DNA of 64,000 nucleotides, from assembly GCA_045863395.1 (NCBI GenBank), contig BTVJ01000011.1:32001-96000 (forward strand), written 5' to 3'. Below the pieces are notes generated by a model. It did not search any database. It was not told the origin of the DNA and saw only the letters and a program-made list of their open reading frames with translations. The DNA is from Myxococcales bacterium (lineage in GTDB: Bacteria; Myxococcota_A; UBA9042; JABWCM01; BTVJ01). This document shows positions 45,044-54,916 of the stretch, piece by piece; position 1 is the first letter of the stretch; every line of letters starts with the position of its first letter. Made by a program: the position numbers and the translations under genes.

Positions 45044-45063
45044 GGCCGGTCGGAGGTGTTCGG

Positions 45064-45489
45064 ATGCCGTTGGATTTGGAGAGCTTGAGGAAGGCCGTCG
45101 CAGCGCTGACCGCCGTCCAGGGGATGAGCGAGGATCCTGCGTTCATGGGGGCCCTCGACGAGGTCACCCAGACTGCGATCCGTTCGGGGGTCATCCAGCA
45201 CTTCGAGTTCACCTACGAGCTGTGCTGGAAGTTCGTTCAGCGCTGGGTCAATCTGAACGTCCCCGGAGAGGGGGGCGGCCTCCCCCGGAGTCGAAAGGAC
45301 CTGTTTCGGCTCGCCGCGCGGCACGGGCTCATCGACGACCGCATCGCCTGGTTCGGCTTCGGTGACGCCAGAAACCAGACCTCGCACACCTACGACGTAT
45401 CAAAGGCGCTGGAGGTGTATGAGGCGGCGGTGCGCTTCCTGCCCGAGGCGAGGAGCCTGCTTCTGCGGCTGGAGCAGCGCAGTGATTGA
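45064..45489 (+). CDS. HEPN protein (HI0074 family nucleotidyltransferase substrate-binding), putative toxin
   Basis: GVIQHFEFTYELCWK and RNQTSHTY (Rx4H motif). Confidence 0.9.
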   Translation: MPLDLESLRKAVAALTAVQGMSEDPAFMGALDEVTQTAIRSGVIQHFEFTYELCWKFVQRWVNLNVPGEGGGLPRSRKDLFRLAARHGLIDDRIAWFGFGDARNQTSHTYDVSKALEVYEAAVRFLPEARSLLLRLEQRSD

Positions 45490-45784
45490 CCTTGCCGCTG
45501 AACACCTCGCCGAGGTCCGCCGGATCTTGTCCTTCCACGTGCCGGACTGCGAGGTGTGGGCTTTCGGATCTCGCGTGCACGGACGTTCACAGCGGTACTC
45601 CGACCTGGACCTTGCGCTGGTCGGGCCCGGGTCCCTGGGCCGCCGAGAGCTGGAGCGCCTTCGGGACGCCTTCTCCGCCTCGGACCTGCCCTTCCTCGTG
45701 GACGTGGTCGATTGGCACGATCTCTCGCCTGCGTTTCGCGAGGTCATCGAGCGGGGGTATGAGGTCATCCAGTCCGCACGATGA
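45482..45784 (+). CDS. Minimal nucleotidyltransferase (MNT), putative antitoxin
   Basis: AFGSRVHG...YSDLDL, LPFLVDVVD; GTG start overlaps the HEPN gene end. Confidence 0.9.
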   Translation: MIDLAAEHLAEVRRILSFHVPDCEVWAFGSRVHGRSQRYSDLDLALVGPGSLGRRELERLRDAFSASDLPFLVDVVDWHDLSPAFREVIERGYEVIQSAR

Positions 45785-45832
45785 GCTTTCGATGCCCCTG
45801 GCACTCCCCAAGGTGGCGTCAGACCGGGAGTC

Positions 45833-46699
45833 TCAGCGCTTCAGCAGCTCGATGGCGGCCGTCTTCTGCGTCTTCTCTCGCGCCGAGACTCCCCGCATGA
45901 AGGAGGGGTCGCCGACCAGGACGCCAGAGTCTGTCTGGGAGACGAAGACCAGCGCCCAGCGGCCGGTCTTCGTGCGGCCAAAGCAGACCTCGTCGTTGGT
46001 GGACCACTCCATGCACCCCTGGCGTTCGAAACACACGAGCCCAGCGTCTCGCGGCGCGACCAGCACCTTGTCAGCCACCCCGCTGCAGCCGTCCTCGTCG
46101 CTCGCCACCTTGCCTGCCTCGCAGAGCTCCCCGTCCTCGAAGAGCTTTGCTGCCGCCGCTCGCGCCCTGCCGCCCGTCAGCGTGCGCGCCTGTGTGACGC
46201 CCGGTGCATCGCTCGCGACGTCCTGGACGTCCCTCCACGTGATGAGCCCGAGCTTCGGGTCCACCACGTCGACGAGCCGCGCCGGGTCGGCGCAGAGCTG
46301 GGCCAGAACAGGCTTCTTCAAATCCACATCGAATGATTGCTGGAGCTTCAGGAATCGTGGGTCCTTGGAGATGGGGGCGAAGTCGCTGTCGTGCCGCGCC
46401 ACCGCGGCGAACCGCCGGGCGTCCGGAGTGCCCATCGCCACGAGGGCGTCGAGCTGCGCCATGGCGCCGTCAGCGTCCCCCGCCCGGGCGAGCTCGCACG
46501 CCAGGTTGTAGCGCGCCGGGGCGTATCGTGGGTCGGCCCCGATGGCCTCGCGATACAGGGCGGTCGCCTTGACCGCATCGCCGCCCTTGCGCGCGGCCAG
46601 CCCCTGGCGGTTCAGCGCCGAGGCGTCGGGCTTCGGTGATTGGGCCAACGCTCCCCCAGCAAAGAGGGCGATGAACACGACCGCAGCGATCCTGCACAT
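45833..46699 (-). CDS. Secreted TPR-containing protein
   Basis: Signal peptide ending ALA-Q; ALN..G, YNLAC..A..G, A..DSDF..I..DPRF TPR-end motifs. Confidence 0.75.
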   Translation of the reverse strand: MCRIAAVVFIALFAGGALAQSPKPDASALNRQGLAARKGGDAVKATALYREAIGADPRYAPARYNLACELARAGDADGAMAQLDALVAMGTPDARRFAAVARHDSDFAPISKDPRFLKLQQSFDVDLKKPVLAQLCADPARLVDVVDPKLGLITWRDVQDVASDAPGVTQARTLTGGRARAAAAKLFEDGELCEAGKVASDEDGCSGVADKVLVAPRDAGLVCFERQGCMEWSTNDEVCFGRTKTGRWALVFVSQTDSGVLVGDPSFMRGVSAREKTQKTAAIELLKR

Positions 46700-46858
46700 T
46701 GTGGAGCCTCTCTCCGCCTCTGGCGGGTCTCGTAGTGGCAGACACGGCGCCCGAATTCGGGCAGGCCCCCACGATAGCACCGCCACCGCGCTCCCTCCAT
46801 CACGCCGTACCGCGAAGGTCTCCCTGGAACGTGGACCCCCAGAGCGACCGCCTCGTCC

Positions 46859-48277
46859 CTACTCGCAATAGCCGTACTCCCAGTCGAGGGCGAGGCGCCC
46901 CTCGGTCGCCTCGTCTGCGCGGGCGCGGAGCCAGAGCGGGCCCTGGAAGCAGTCGCCGAAGGAGAAGGCGGTCACCGGGGGGGGGAGCGCAACCTCATAC
47001 GACCCGCCGGCGCGCGTGACGGTGACCTGGGCCGGGGGGAGCGCGAAGGCCAGCTCCGCGAAGCCGAGCGTGAGGCGGCACCCGGCGGACACGGTCACCC
47101 GTTCGAAGCCGACCATGTCGTAGACGCCTTCAGTGGTCTCCCGCCAACCCGTCGTCTCGGGGGCGGCGAGGTCGCACTGCACGGGCGCCTTGTCTCCGGG
47201 TTGGAGCGGCAGGGCAAGCTCCGCGCGGACCAGGCACCGGGGCGGTGCCACGGGGACAGCCCAGGTGGTGGCCCCGTCCACGGCGAGGCCCGGTCTCATG
47301 TTCGAGCGCGGGAGCGGTGGGCCCTGATCCGCCGGAAGCGGCTCTTCACTGAGGTCCTCTTCGGGGCATGGGCGTGGCGCCTCTCCCGCCCAGGCGGCCA
47401 GCGGGCCGGGCCTGGGGAAGAGGCACCCGGCGGTCCGCAGCTCCGACGCGCTTCGATCCTCCAGGGCGATGGGGGACCCCGGCGCGTGCGAGAACCGGAA
47501 CCTGGCGCCCCTGAACGACGGCGCCACCGGGACCTCCTCGACGTCGATCTGGTCACCGTCCACGCGGGCTGCGCAGAGGTAGCCGCCGCGGCACGGCAGG
47601 AGGACGGTCCTGGCGTCCAGCCAGCCGGAGCGCTCCGGGCCGCCGTCCACCACGTCGAAGCGGCTGGACAGGCAGTGACGCTCGTCGAGGGCGAGCTCCT
47701 CCGTGCGCAGCTCGATGGGGTTCGAATCGACGACGCCCTTCGTCGCCAGATCGAAGGTCGTCACGCGGGCATCCGGGAAGTCCCACGTCAGCATCGCCAC
47801 GCGGCTCCCTGTGCGCCCGAGGAGCAGGATCCGTCGCTCCGGCGACCACAGGGCCCGGGTCTCCAGCGTCGCGCCGTCGATCACCACCAGCTCGTCACGG
47901 CACTGCTCGGTGTCACTCGTGCTCCGCACGGCGACGGCCTGCCCGGGAGCCGTGTGTGGGAGAAGCGTGGAGAGGTGCTGGTCTGGCGCCATGGGCAACA
48001 GCACGGGCGTGATCGCGGGCGCGGCCTCCCCCCGTCCGTCAGCATCTTCAGTGGCGGGCGGCGGGATGCTCTCCTCCACGGCCGGCCAGAACACGAGGTG
48101 CCCCCCGCGGTAGCCCCACCCCCCGGTGAGCCAGCCACTCGTGGTCCCGCTGCACGGGTCTGCCGGGACGCCCTGTGAATCCTCACGGTTCGGCACCTGC
48201 TGGCGGGCTGCGCACGCGGAGAGCCCGGCGAAGAGCAGCATGGCGAGGGAGAGCGGGGTTCGGGGGCTGGTGTTCAT
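46859..48277 (-). CDS. Hypothetical lipoprotein
   Basis: LSAC lipobox, AGGAGG RBS, host-like codon use. Confidence 0.6.
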   Translation of the reverse strand: MNTSPRTPLSLAMLLFAGLSACAARQQVPNREDSQGVPADPCSGTTSGWLTGGWGYRGGHLVFWPAVEESIPPPATEDADGRGEAAPAITPVLLPMAPDQHLSTLLPHTAPGQAVAVRSTSDTEQCRDELVVIDGATLETRALWSPERRILLLGRTGSRVAMLTWDFPDARVTTFDLATKGVVDSNPIELRTEELALDERHCLSSRFDVVDGGPERSGWLDARTVLLPCRGGYLCAARVDGDQIDVEEVPVAPSFRGARFRFSHAPGSPIALEDRSASELRTAGCLFPRPGPLAAWAGEAPRPCPEEDLSEEPLPADQGPPLPRSNMRPGLAVDGATTWAVPVAPPRCLVRAELALPLQPGDKAPVQCDLAAPETTGWRETTEGVYDMVGFERVTVSAGCRLTLGFAELAFALPPAQVTVTRAGGSYEVALPPPVTAFSFGDCFQGPLWLRARADEATEGRLALDWEYGYCE

Positions 48278-48447
48278 GGGAGCTCCTCCTGGGTGACGGA
48301 GAGCGGGGGTCAGCGGGGACCTCGGCCGCTCCGGTGCTGACCCCGCAAAGCAGGTAACGACAGGTACTTAGGGCAACGGACGTAGCGTTGACGGTGCCAC
48401 CCTCGGGGCGTCGGGTCTCGCAGGGTGCCCCGCGCGGCCCACTGCTC

Positions 48448-49296
48448 TCAGTCCAGCGCCGCCGCCTCGCGCCGCCGCTCCTGCTCCTCCGCGACAGCCT
48501 GGTTGATCTCCTGGACCACCGCGGTCACGTTCACCTTGTGCCGGCTCTCCTGGAAGCGGCCCGTCAGCTTCGTGTCGACCAGGAGCTCGCCCTTCTCGTA
48601 GAGGGCCCAGATCTCCTTGCCGTGACGGGTGCCGCGCAGCTCGGGGGCGAACTGGGCGTAGTAGCGGGTCATGTTGTCCACGTCCCGCAGGAGCATGGCG
48701 CGGGCGTTGTTGTTCGCCGCCGCGTCCACCGCCTGGGGGAGGTCGATGATCACCGGGCCGTGGGCGTCGAGGAGCACGTTGAACTCCGACAGGTCACCGT
48801 GCACCATGCCGGCGCAGAGCATGCGGACCACGTTGCGCATGAGCACCGCGTGGTCCCGCCGCGCCTCGTCCGCGGTCAGCGTGACGTCGACGAGTCGGGG
48901 GGCCACGTCGCCGTCCTTGTCGGTGATCAGCTCCATGAGCAGGACGCCGTCGAGGCAGGCGTAGGGCTGCGGGACGCGCACTCCGGCCCGGGCCAGTCGA
49001 TACAGCGCGTCGACCTCCGCGGTCTGCCAGGTCTCCTCCTGCTGCTTGCGCCCGAAGCTGGAGCCCTTCTCCATGGCGCGGGCGCGGCGGCTGTTGCGCA
49101 CCTTGCGGCCCTCCTGGTACTGCACGGCCTGCTTGAAGCTGCGCGTGGCAGACTCCTTGTAGACCTTGGCGCAGCGGAGCTCGGACCCGCACTGGACCAC
49201 GTAGACGTCGGCCTCCTTGCCGCTCATCAGGCGGCGGACGACCTCGTCCACGAGCCCGTGCTCGACCAGGGGCTGGATACGCGCTGGTGTCTTCAT
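48448..49296 (-). CDS. RIO1-like protein kinase (PA4780 family)
   Basis: LMSGKEADVY, CAKVYK, VHGDLSEFN, IIDLPQ, RDV.N. Confidence 0.93.
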   Translation of the reverse strand: MKTPARIQPLVEHGLVDEVVRRLMSGKEADVYVVQCGSELRCAKVYKESATRSFKQAVQYQEGRKVRNSRRARAMEKGSSFGRKQQEETWQTAEVDALYRLARAGVRVPQPYACLDGVLLMELITDKDGDVAPRLVDVTLTADEARRDHAVLMRNVVRMLCAGMVHGDLSEFNVLLDAHGPVIIDLPQAVDAAANNNARAMLLRDVDNMTRYYAQFAPELRGTRHGKEIWALYEKGELLVDTKLTGRFQESRHKVNVTAVVQEINQAVAEEQERRREAAALD

Positions 49297-49423
49297 GAGC
49301 GGATTTCTACCTGAATCGGGGACACAAAGACAACGGCGACGGGTGCTGTGGCTCGTTCGCCCGCAAGGGTGTGGTTGGATCGAACCGTCCCAGTCACGCG
49401 TTGGAGGTCGCCGGAGGTGCACC

Positions 49424-50587
49424 ATGAGGGTCGCGACTCTGCTCCTGCTTCTGCTCCCACTGGCGCATGCCCACGCAGCGGACCTGCGCATCGACTCCAT
49501 ACACCTGGTGGGGCGCGCCGGCGTGGACGCCCCCTGGACGGCGGGGCCCACCGAGGCGCTGCTAGCGGACGCGCCCGAGCTGGCCGTGGTCGCGTTGGGG
49601 AGGCTCGATGGGCGCCGGGTGCTGGTCGCAGATGCTGTCGAGCCCCTTGCGGCCCCGAAGCCCCGTGGTCCGGTGGTGCCCTGGCCCGACGGCGTGAGCG
49701 TCCGCTGGGCGACCGTGGAGCCCCACGCGTGGCGCGAGCCCGAGGCCGTCGCCCCCAACGGCGTCACCACCCGCTACCACTCCAACGTGCACATGGACCG
49801 GGACCGCTTCGGCAAGTGGGCCGGCTACGACGAGGTGACGTACTTCGAGTCGCCGCTGCCGGACCTGGACGACCTGCGCCGCATCCCCGCCGTCGTCCGG
49901 CCGACGGACCCCACCGCGCCGTCCTTCGGGGGCCTCGGCACCATCCGCTACAGGGTCGAGGTGACGCTTCCCGACGGGACCACTCGCGCGACCCCCGGCG
50001 CCAGCGACCGGGACCACTACGGCATCCGCGAGTCCGTCCACCGGGTGTCCGTCCGCCGCGACGACACCTTCACCGGCTGGCTGTCGTCGTACTTCCTCGT
50101 GCCCGAGGTCTTCGGCTCGTCGGGCCCCGGCAAGAACCACCAGACGGACCGCTACGTCGGGGCCGACTGCGCCGACGTGCTGACGGGCGCGCTGCGGGCG
50201 GCCGGCTACCGCATCGAGCACAGCCACGTGGCGGGCCTCACGAAGCTCGCGGCCGTGGTGGCGGGCCCGGTCGACCTGGACGACGAAGGCAACCCGCCCA
50301 CCGCGATCACCGGCGTTCAGGTCGGCGACGTGATCCGCATCGACTACGGTGGCGCCCTGTCTGGCCACACGCCGCGCTCCTGGGACCACGTCGCGGTGCT
50401 CTGGGAGGACCGCTCCGACCCCGAGAGTCCAGCCAAGGGCGCGCCCGACGGCCACCTGGACGGCTACGACCTGGTGGTGCACATGGGCCACCCCCGCCTG
50501 GTCATCGAGCCGCTTGCCAACCAGTGCCCCGCGCGCGTCGACGTCCTCCGGTGGAGCCCGAAGCGCCTCGGCAAGGCGCGGCGGTAG
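49424..50587 (+). CDS. Secreted protein with a C-terminal NlpC/P60-like (Cys-His) domain
   Basis: Signal peptide ending AHA-A; GADCADV, GD.IRI, WDHVAV. Confidence 0.55.
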   Translation: MRVATLLLLLLPLAHAHAADLRIDSIHLVGRAGVDAPWTAGPTEALLADAPELAVVALGRLDGRRVLVADAVEPLAAPKPRGPVVPWPDGVSVRWATVEPHAWREPEAVAPNGVTTRYHSNVHMDRDRFGKWAGYDEVTYFESPLPDLDDLRRIPAVVRPTDPTAPSFGGLGTIRYRVEVTLPDGTTRATPGASDRDHYGIRESVHRVSVRRDDTFTGWLSSYFLVPEVFGSSGPGKNHQTDRYVGADCADVLTGALRAAGYRIEHSHVAGLTKLAAVVAGPVDLDDEGNPPTAITGVQVGDVIRIDYGGALSGHTPRSWDHVAVLWEDRSDPESPAKGAPDGHLDGYDLVVHMGHPRLVIEPLANQCPARVDVLRWSPKRLGKARR

Positions 50588-50679
50588 GCGCGTGGGTCCT
50601 CGGCCGCAACCGGCGGCCCCTTGCACGCCACCACCACCGCAGTCTGTACGCCCACCCCCACTCGCGGTACAGTCGCCCC

Positions 50680-51489
50680 ATGCACATCGACCGAGACGGC
50701 GCCCGCATCTCGTACACCGTCGAGGGCAGCGGCCCTCCGATCCTCCTCGGACACAGCCTGCTGTGCGACGGCTCCATGTGGCGAGAGGTCGCCCCGGCCC
50801 TCGCTGGTCGCTACCGCCTGATCACCATCGACGCGCGGGGGCACGGCGCCTCGACCGCAGAGCGCCCGTTTACCCTCGACGATCTCGCGGACGACTGGCT
50901 CGCGGTGCTCGACCGCGAAGGCATCGACCGCGCCGCGCTGGTCGGGTTGTCCATGGGCGGCATGACCGCCATGCGGGTCGCCCTGCGCGCGCCGGCTCGT
51001 GTGGCCGCCCTCGCGCTCCTCGACACCAGCGCCGACCGGGAGCCCCTCAAGCCACGCCTGCGCAACCGCCTGCTGGCCGAGGTGGTGCGGCGGGTCGGGT
51101 TTCCGCACGTCGCCGTCCCCATCGCGCTGCGTGCCCTGCTCGGCGAGACCACCCTCCGCGAGCGCCCGGAGCTCGTCCGCTCCTTGCGCGCCCAGCTCCT
51201 CTCCCTCGACCGCCGGGTCTACCACGCGGCCCGCGCCGTCTTCGACCGCCCGCCCATCGCCGACCGCATCGCCGCCATTCGGTGCCCCACCCTGGTTCTG
51301 GTCGGCGAAGAGGACGTCGCGACCTCGCTGTCGCGCTCCCGCCGTATCGCGGAGCGCATCCCAGGGGCGCGCCTCGTGACCGTCCCCCGGGTCGGCCACC
51401 TGACGGCGCTGGAGGCGCCGGCCGCCGTCGTCTCCGCCCTGGAGGAGCTCCTCGCCCCCCTCGCCGCCGATCACACCTGGTGGCGCTGA
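50680..51489 (+). CDS. Alpha/beta hydrolase (3-oxoadipate enol-lactonase-like)
   Basis: DARGHG, GLSMGG nucleophile elbow, GEED, GHL. Confidence 0.9.
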   Translation: MHIDRDGARISYTVEGSGPPILLGHSLLCDGSMWREVAPALAGRYRLITIDARGHGASTAERPFTLDDLADDWLAVLDREGIDRAALVGLSMGGMTAMRVALRAPARVAALALLDTSADREPLKPRLRNRLLAEVVRRVGFPHVAVPIALRALLGETTLRERPELVRSLRAQLLSLDRRVYHAARAVFDRPPIADRIAAIRCPTLVLVGEEDVATSLSRSRRIAERIPGARLVTVPRVGHLTALEAPAAVVSALEELLAPLAADHTWWR

Positions 51490-51596
51490 GCGCGCGTTAC
51501 TCCCTGTGAAGTCCGCGCATTGCACGGATCGCTGATCCCCACCGCGGCGACCTCGTGTAGGCTCTGCGCTCCTGACCCCCACCAAGGAGCCGCCCT

Positions 51597-53864
51597 GTGG
51601 ATACCAGCTTCTGGACGACCGCGAAGCGCACGGAGGTCGTCGCCTACTACCGGACCAAGATGGGGTACGACCTGGACCTCATCCTGCCGACCAACACCGA
51701 CATCAACGCCGCCGGGCCGCCGCCCCCGCTGAACACGAGCCGGGCCGCCATCGACGGGCTCGCGGTTGCGTCGGTGACGTTCCAGACCTCGCCGACCAAC
51801 CCCCTCAAGCCGTACATTCGGGTCGGCCAGCGCATCTACATCAGGGACTACCAGGGCACGGACGTGGGCCCCGAAGACGGCAAGTGCCCCTACCCGCAGT
51901 TCGTGGACTGCGTGCTGCGCGACCTGCGGACCCTGGCGACCACCGTCGTCGGGCGGCGCCTGCTGCACTCCATCGACGAGAACGGCGGCGCGAGCCGGCT
52001 GACCATCGTCTTCGGGCACGGCATGCCGCCCATGTCCAGCCAGTGCAATCCCGTGGCGGGCACCGCGCTGCCGCTCACCGGCGCCGTCCCGAGCGCTCCG
52101 GTGAGCTGCGAGGTGATGTACAACCCGCTCTACTTCGGGCTGCCCATCATCCGGGCGTTCAACGACACATCTCCCGAGATCCGGCCGGGCGCGTGGGGCC
52201 ACCCGGCGCAGAAGCCCGCGGACGTGACGCTGTTTCACGAGCTGATCCACGCCGATGACATGCTGCGCGGCATCTTCAACGACGTGCTCATCGATCGGGG
52301 GCGCCAGAAGGTCAAGCTGAGCGAGATGCGGGCCGTGGGCCTCGACCGCTTCGACAACGAGAGCATCGCCACCGAGAACGGCTACCGCGAGGAGCGAGGC
52401 GTGGCGAAGCGCCTCTACTACACCTACGAGAACGAGATCACGAAGGGCGGGCCGGCGCTGACGACCCCGTACTCGGAGCTGCTCACGTTCCTCGACCGCA
52501 CCCTGATGAAGCAGACCGAGTTCGTCCAGGCGACGAGGCGCACCTTCGGCAAGCGCGACAAGATCCTGAGCGTCGAGGACGCGCTGTGGGAGTTCAACCG
52601 CCGCTACGCCTGGATGGACGACGCCGAGGCCCAGCTCCCGGGGCTCATGGAGCTGCTGGACTCCGTCGTCGAGTACAAGGAGAAGAACAAGGCCAAGCGC
52701 GACGTGTCGTCGATCATCAACGCCATCGCGGGCCGCATGAAGACCGCCATGGAGGCGCTGCTCGCCCTGCCCGTGTCCCCGGCGACCTTCGAGAAGGTGC
52801 GGCGGATGGCGCTGGTCCTGGAGCGGGCGCGGCACTCCACGCTCGGCAAGAAGGTCGATCTCGGCGACGTCACGTCAGCGAGAATCACCTACACGAACAA
52901 GAACGGCGGGCAGTCCACGGACTTCTCGCCCCGCGGCATCGTGGAGGGCTACCAGGCACGCCTGCTCGGGCCGCACGTGGCGACCCTCCAGACGGCGGAC
53001 AGGACGGCGCTCCAGAACCTGGCGGGCGACATGAGCGCCCCCGACATCACCCGCGACGTGGTCACCGAGGTGCTGGCGCTGGCCACCTCCGGCGAGGTCA
53101 CCTTCACCGACACCCAGGCGGGCTCCAGCGCCGGCCGGACCCCCAATGCCCCCGGCTACACGGTGGTCTACGGGCAGTGGAACTTCGAGGACGTGCGCCT
53201 CTCGACCCTGGTCCACGAGCTGACCCACGTGTCGAACATCAAGGCGTACAACGCGACGCCGCTGATGCTCAGCTACCCGGTGACCCTGGACGAGACGGCC
53301 ATCGGGACGCTCGTCACGCAGCGCAAGCGCAACATGCAGGAGCTGATCGACCTGGCCAAGGACGAGACGAACGGGCTCACGCCCTACCAGCGCTACTGGC
53401 TCGTGAACCCCCAGGACGGCAAGCTGCCCTACGCCATCGCGGCACCGAACGCGCTCTCCTTGGGCAACCTCAAGTCGGCGCCCGGCGGCAGCGACGGGCT
53501 GTACAACGCCCACGTCAACCTGGCCGTGACCGGCGTGCTCACCCAGGTGGCCTACGAGTACGAGACGGTCCTCAACCAGACCCTGATCTTCCTGCACATG
53601 TGGGGCATCCCCGCCACGCACCCGCTGCATGCGCGGGTGATCACCTTCGCCCGCGCCGCCTACGCCGACCGACAGCTTGCCCGGGCGCAGCAGCTCCTTG
53701 CCCAGCAGCCTCAGGTGCCTCCGCAGCGCCCGGTCCTGCCGCCCCCGCGGCGCCTGGAGCGGAGCGAGTCGGTCAGCGGCCTCCCGCCGCTCTCGGGCGG
53801 GATCGGGTCCGGCAGGCAGCGGAGCAACTCGACCACCACCACCAAGGGGAATCGCCTGCTGTAG
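51597..53864 (+). CDS. M91/NleD-like zinc metalloprotease with a second HExxH domain; candidate effector
   Basis: LFHELIHA...EMRAVGL...ATENGYREERG...RLYY (M91 signature), second LVHELTHV; AAGGAG RBS before the GTG; no signal peptide. Confidence 0.72.
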   Translation: MDTSFWTTAKRTEVVAYYRTKMGYDLDLILPTNTDINAAGPPPPLNTSRAAIDGLAVASVTFQTSPTNPLKPYIRVGQRIYIRDYQGTDVGPEDGKCPYPQFVDCVLRDLRTLATTVVGRRLLHSIDENGGASRLTIVFGHGMPPMSSQCNPVAGTALPLTGAVPSAPVSCEVMYNPLYFGLPIIRAFNDTSPEIRPGAWGHPAQKPADVTLFHELIHADDMLRGIFNDVLIDRGRQKVKLSEMRAVGLDRFDNESIATENGYREERGVAKRLYYTYENEITKGGPALTTPYSELLTFLDRTLMKQTEFVQATRRTFGKRDKILSVEDALWEFNRRYAWMDDAEAQLPGLMELLDSVVEYKEKNKAKRDVSSIINAIAGRMKTAMEALLALPVSPATFEKVRRMALVLERARHSTLGKKVDLGDVTSARITYTNKNGGQSTDFSPRGIVEGYQARLLGPHVATLQTADRTALQNLAGDMSAPDITRDVVTEVLALATSGEVTFTDTQAGSSAGRTPNAPGYTVVYGQWNFEDVRLSTLVHELTHVSNIKAYNATPLMLSYPVTLDETAIGTLVTQRKRNMQELIDLAKDETNGLTPYQRYWLVNPQDGKLPYAIAAPNALSLGNLKSAPGGSDGLYNAHVNLAVTGVLTQVAYEYETVLNQTLIFLHMWGIPATHPLHARVITFARAAYADRQLARAQQLLAQQPQVPPQRPVLPPPRRLERSESVSGLPPLSGGIGSGRQRSNSTTTTKGNRLL

Positions 53865-54100
53865 TGGCTTCCTGCCGACACCATGGGAGCGGCGCCTGAC
53901 AGCTCGATGTGGGGTTCCCTGCTTGCCTGGATCCCGGACGGTGCATCGACGCCCTCCCTGCGCAGGTCGGCGTCGTGCTCTCTGCCCCCGCTTGGTCGTA
54001 TGAGGATGGGCGCGCCCCTCCCGTGGCGGCATCTGGATGGCGGTAGTGTCACTCCACGTAGGTCTGGGCCTTCTGCCCTGGGAGGCGAGGAGCCTCGCCG

Positions 54101-54580
54101 CTACCGCTGCCACAGGCTCCGGGGCTTCGTTCGGTTGTGCAACACAATCCCGGCGAGAGCGGCCACCGCCGCGATGACAACGCTGCCGAGCCACGTCCAC
54201 ATCGTCCTGTCGGCGCACTTCACCTCCTTGCACGCCGTGATTGCCCGCTCCACGGCGCGGGCCTTCTCGCGCGGGCGGAGGTCGCTGGCGAGCAACACCT
54301 GGAGGACCTGCTCCAGGTGCTGGGAGTGCTTCTCGTCGCCTCGGCGGATGTTCTCTCCCACGACCTCGAACAGGCGCACGGCGACGCTCAGCGGAATCTC
54401 GGCCACGGTTGCTGCGCCCTGGGTCGCGTGGGCGAGCGCCTCCCCATCGAGGACGATCCGATCTCGACGGATGGTGAGCAGGACCTCGCGGAGGTCGGCC
54501 ATGGAGCCGAACAGGGCTGCTGCCCCGAGCAGTGAGGAGAGCTGGGGAACGCTTGAGACGACCGTCGTTGTGTCGACCAT
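54101..54580 (-). CDS. Small protein with a C-terminal transmembrane helix, hypothetical
   Basis: GGAGG RBS and C-terminal WTWLGSVVIAAVAALAGIVL. Confidence 0.5.
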   Translation of the reverse strand: MVDTTTVVSSVPQLSSLLGAAALFGSMADLREVLLTIRRDRIVLDGEALAHATQGAATVAEIPLSVAVRLFEVVGENIRRGDEKHSQHLEQVLQVLLASDLRPREKARAVERAITACKEVKCADRTMWTWLGSVVIAAVAALAGIVLHNRTKPRSLWQR

Positions 54581-54916
54581 GAGACCCTCCCGGCGCTGCG
54601 GCCTGGATGCGAGTGGATGTCGAGCCTTGGACTTGACTACTTGGAGGCATCTGGCGCCAGCTTCTGACACGAACCGCGGGCGTCGAGGCGGGCAGCCGAC
54701 ACTCCCACCGGGCCGAGCGAGACGGCAAGGGGCCCCATCCCCGCCAAAACCGGGCTCAAGTCCGAGCTGGCCGACGTCACCATCCGAGGCGTGTGCCGCT
54801 GCTTCGACCTGGACCAGGACGCCTCTCTCCGCGACCTGCGAGGCGAGTAGGCTCCTAGAGATCCGGCAGCCCAGGTTCCCCGCGGCGCCCCGCGCTCCCG
54901 TCGCCCTCCCGAGCGC

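Noticed and set aside
48306..48345. GGGGTCAGC...GCTGACCCC hairpin between the RIO kinase and the lipoprotein gene
   Set aside because: A 9-bp stem with no U-tract or recognisable riboswitch features; could be a weak terminator but unsupported
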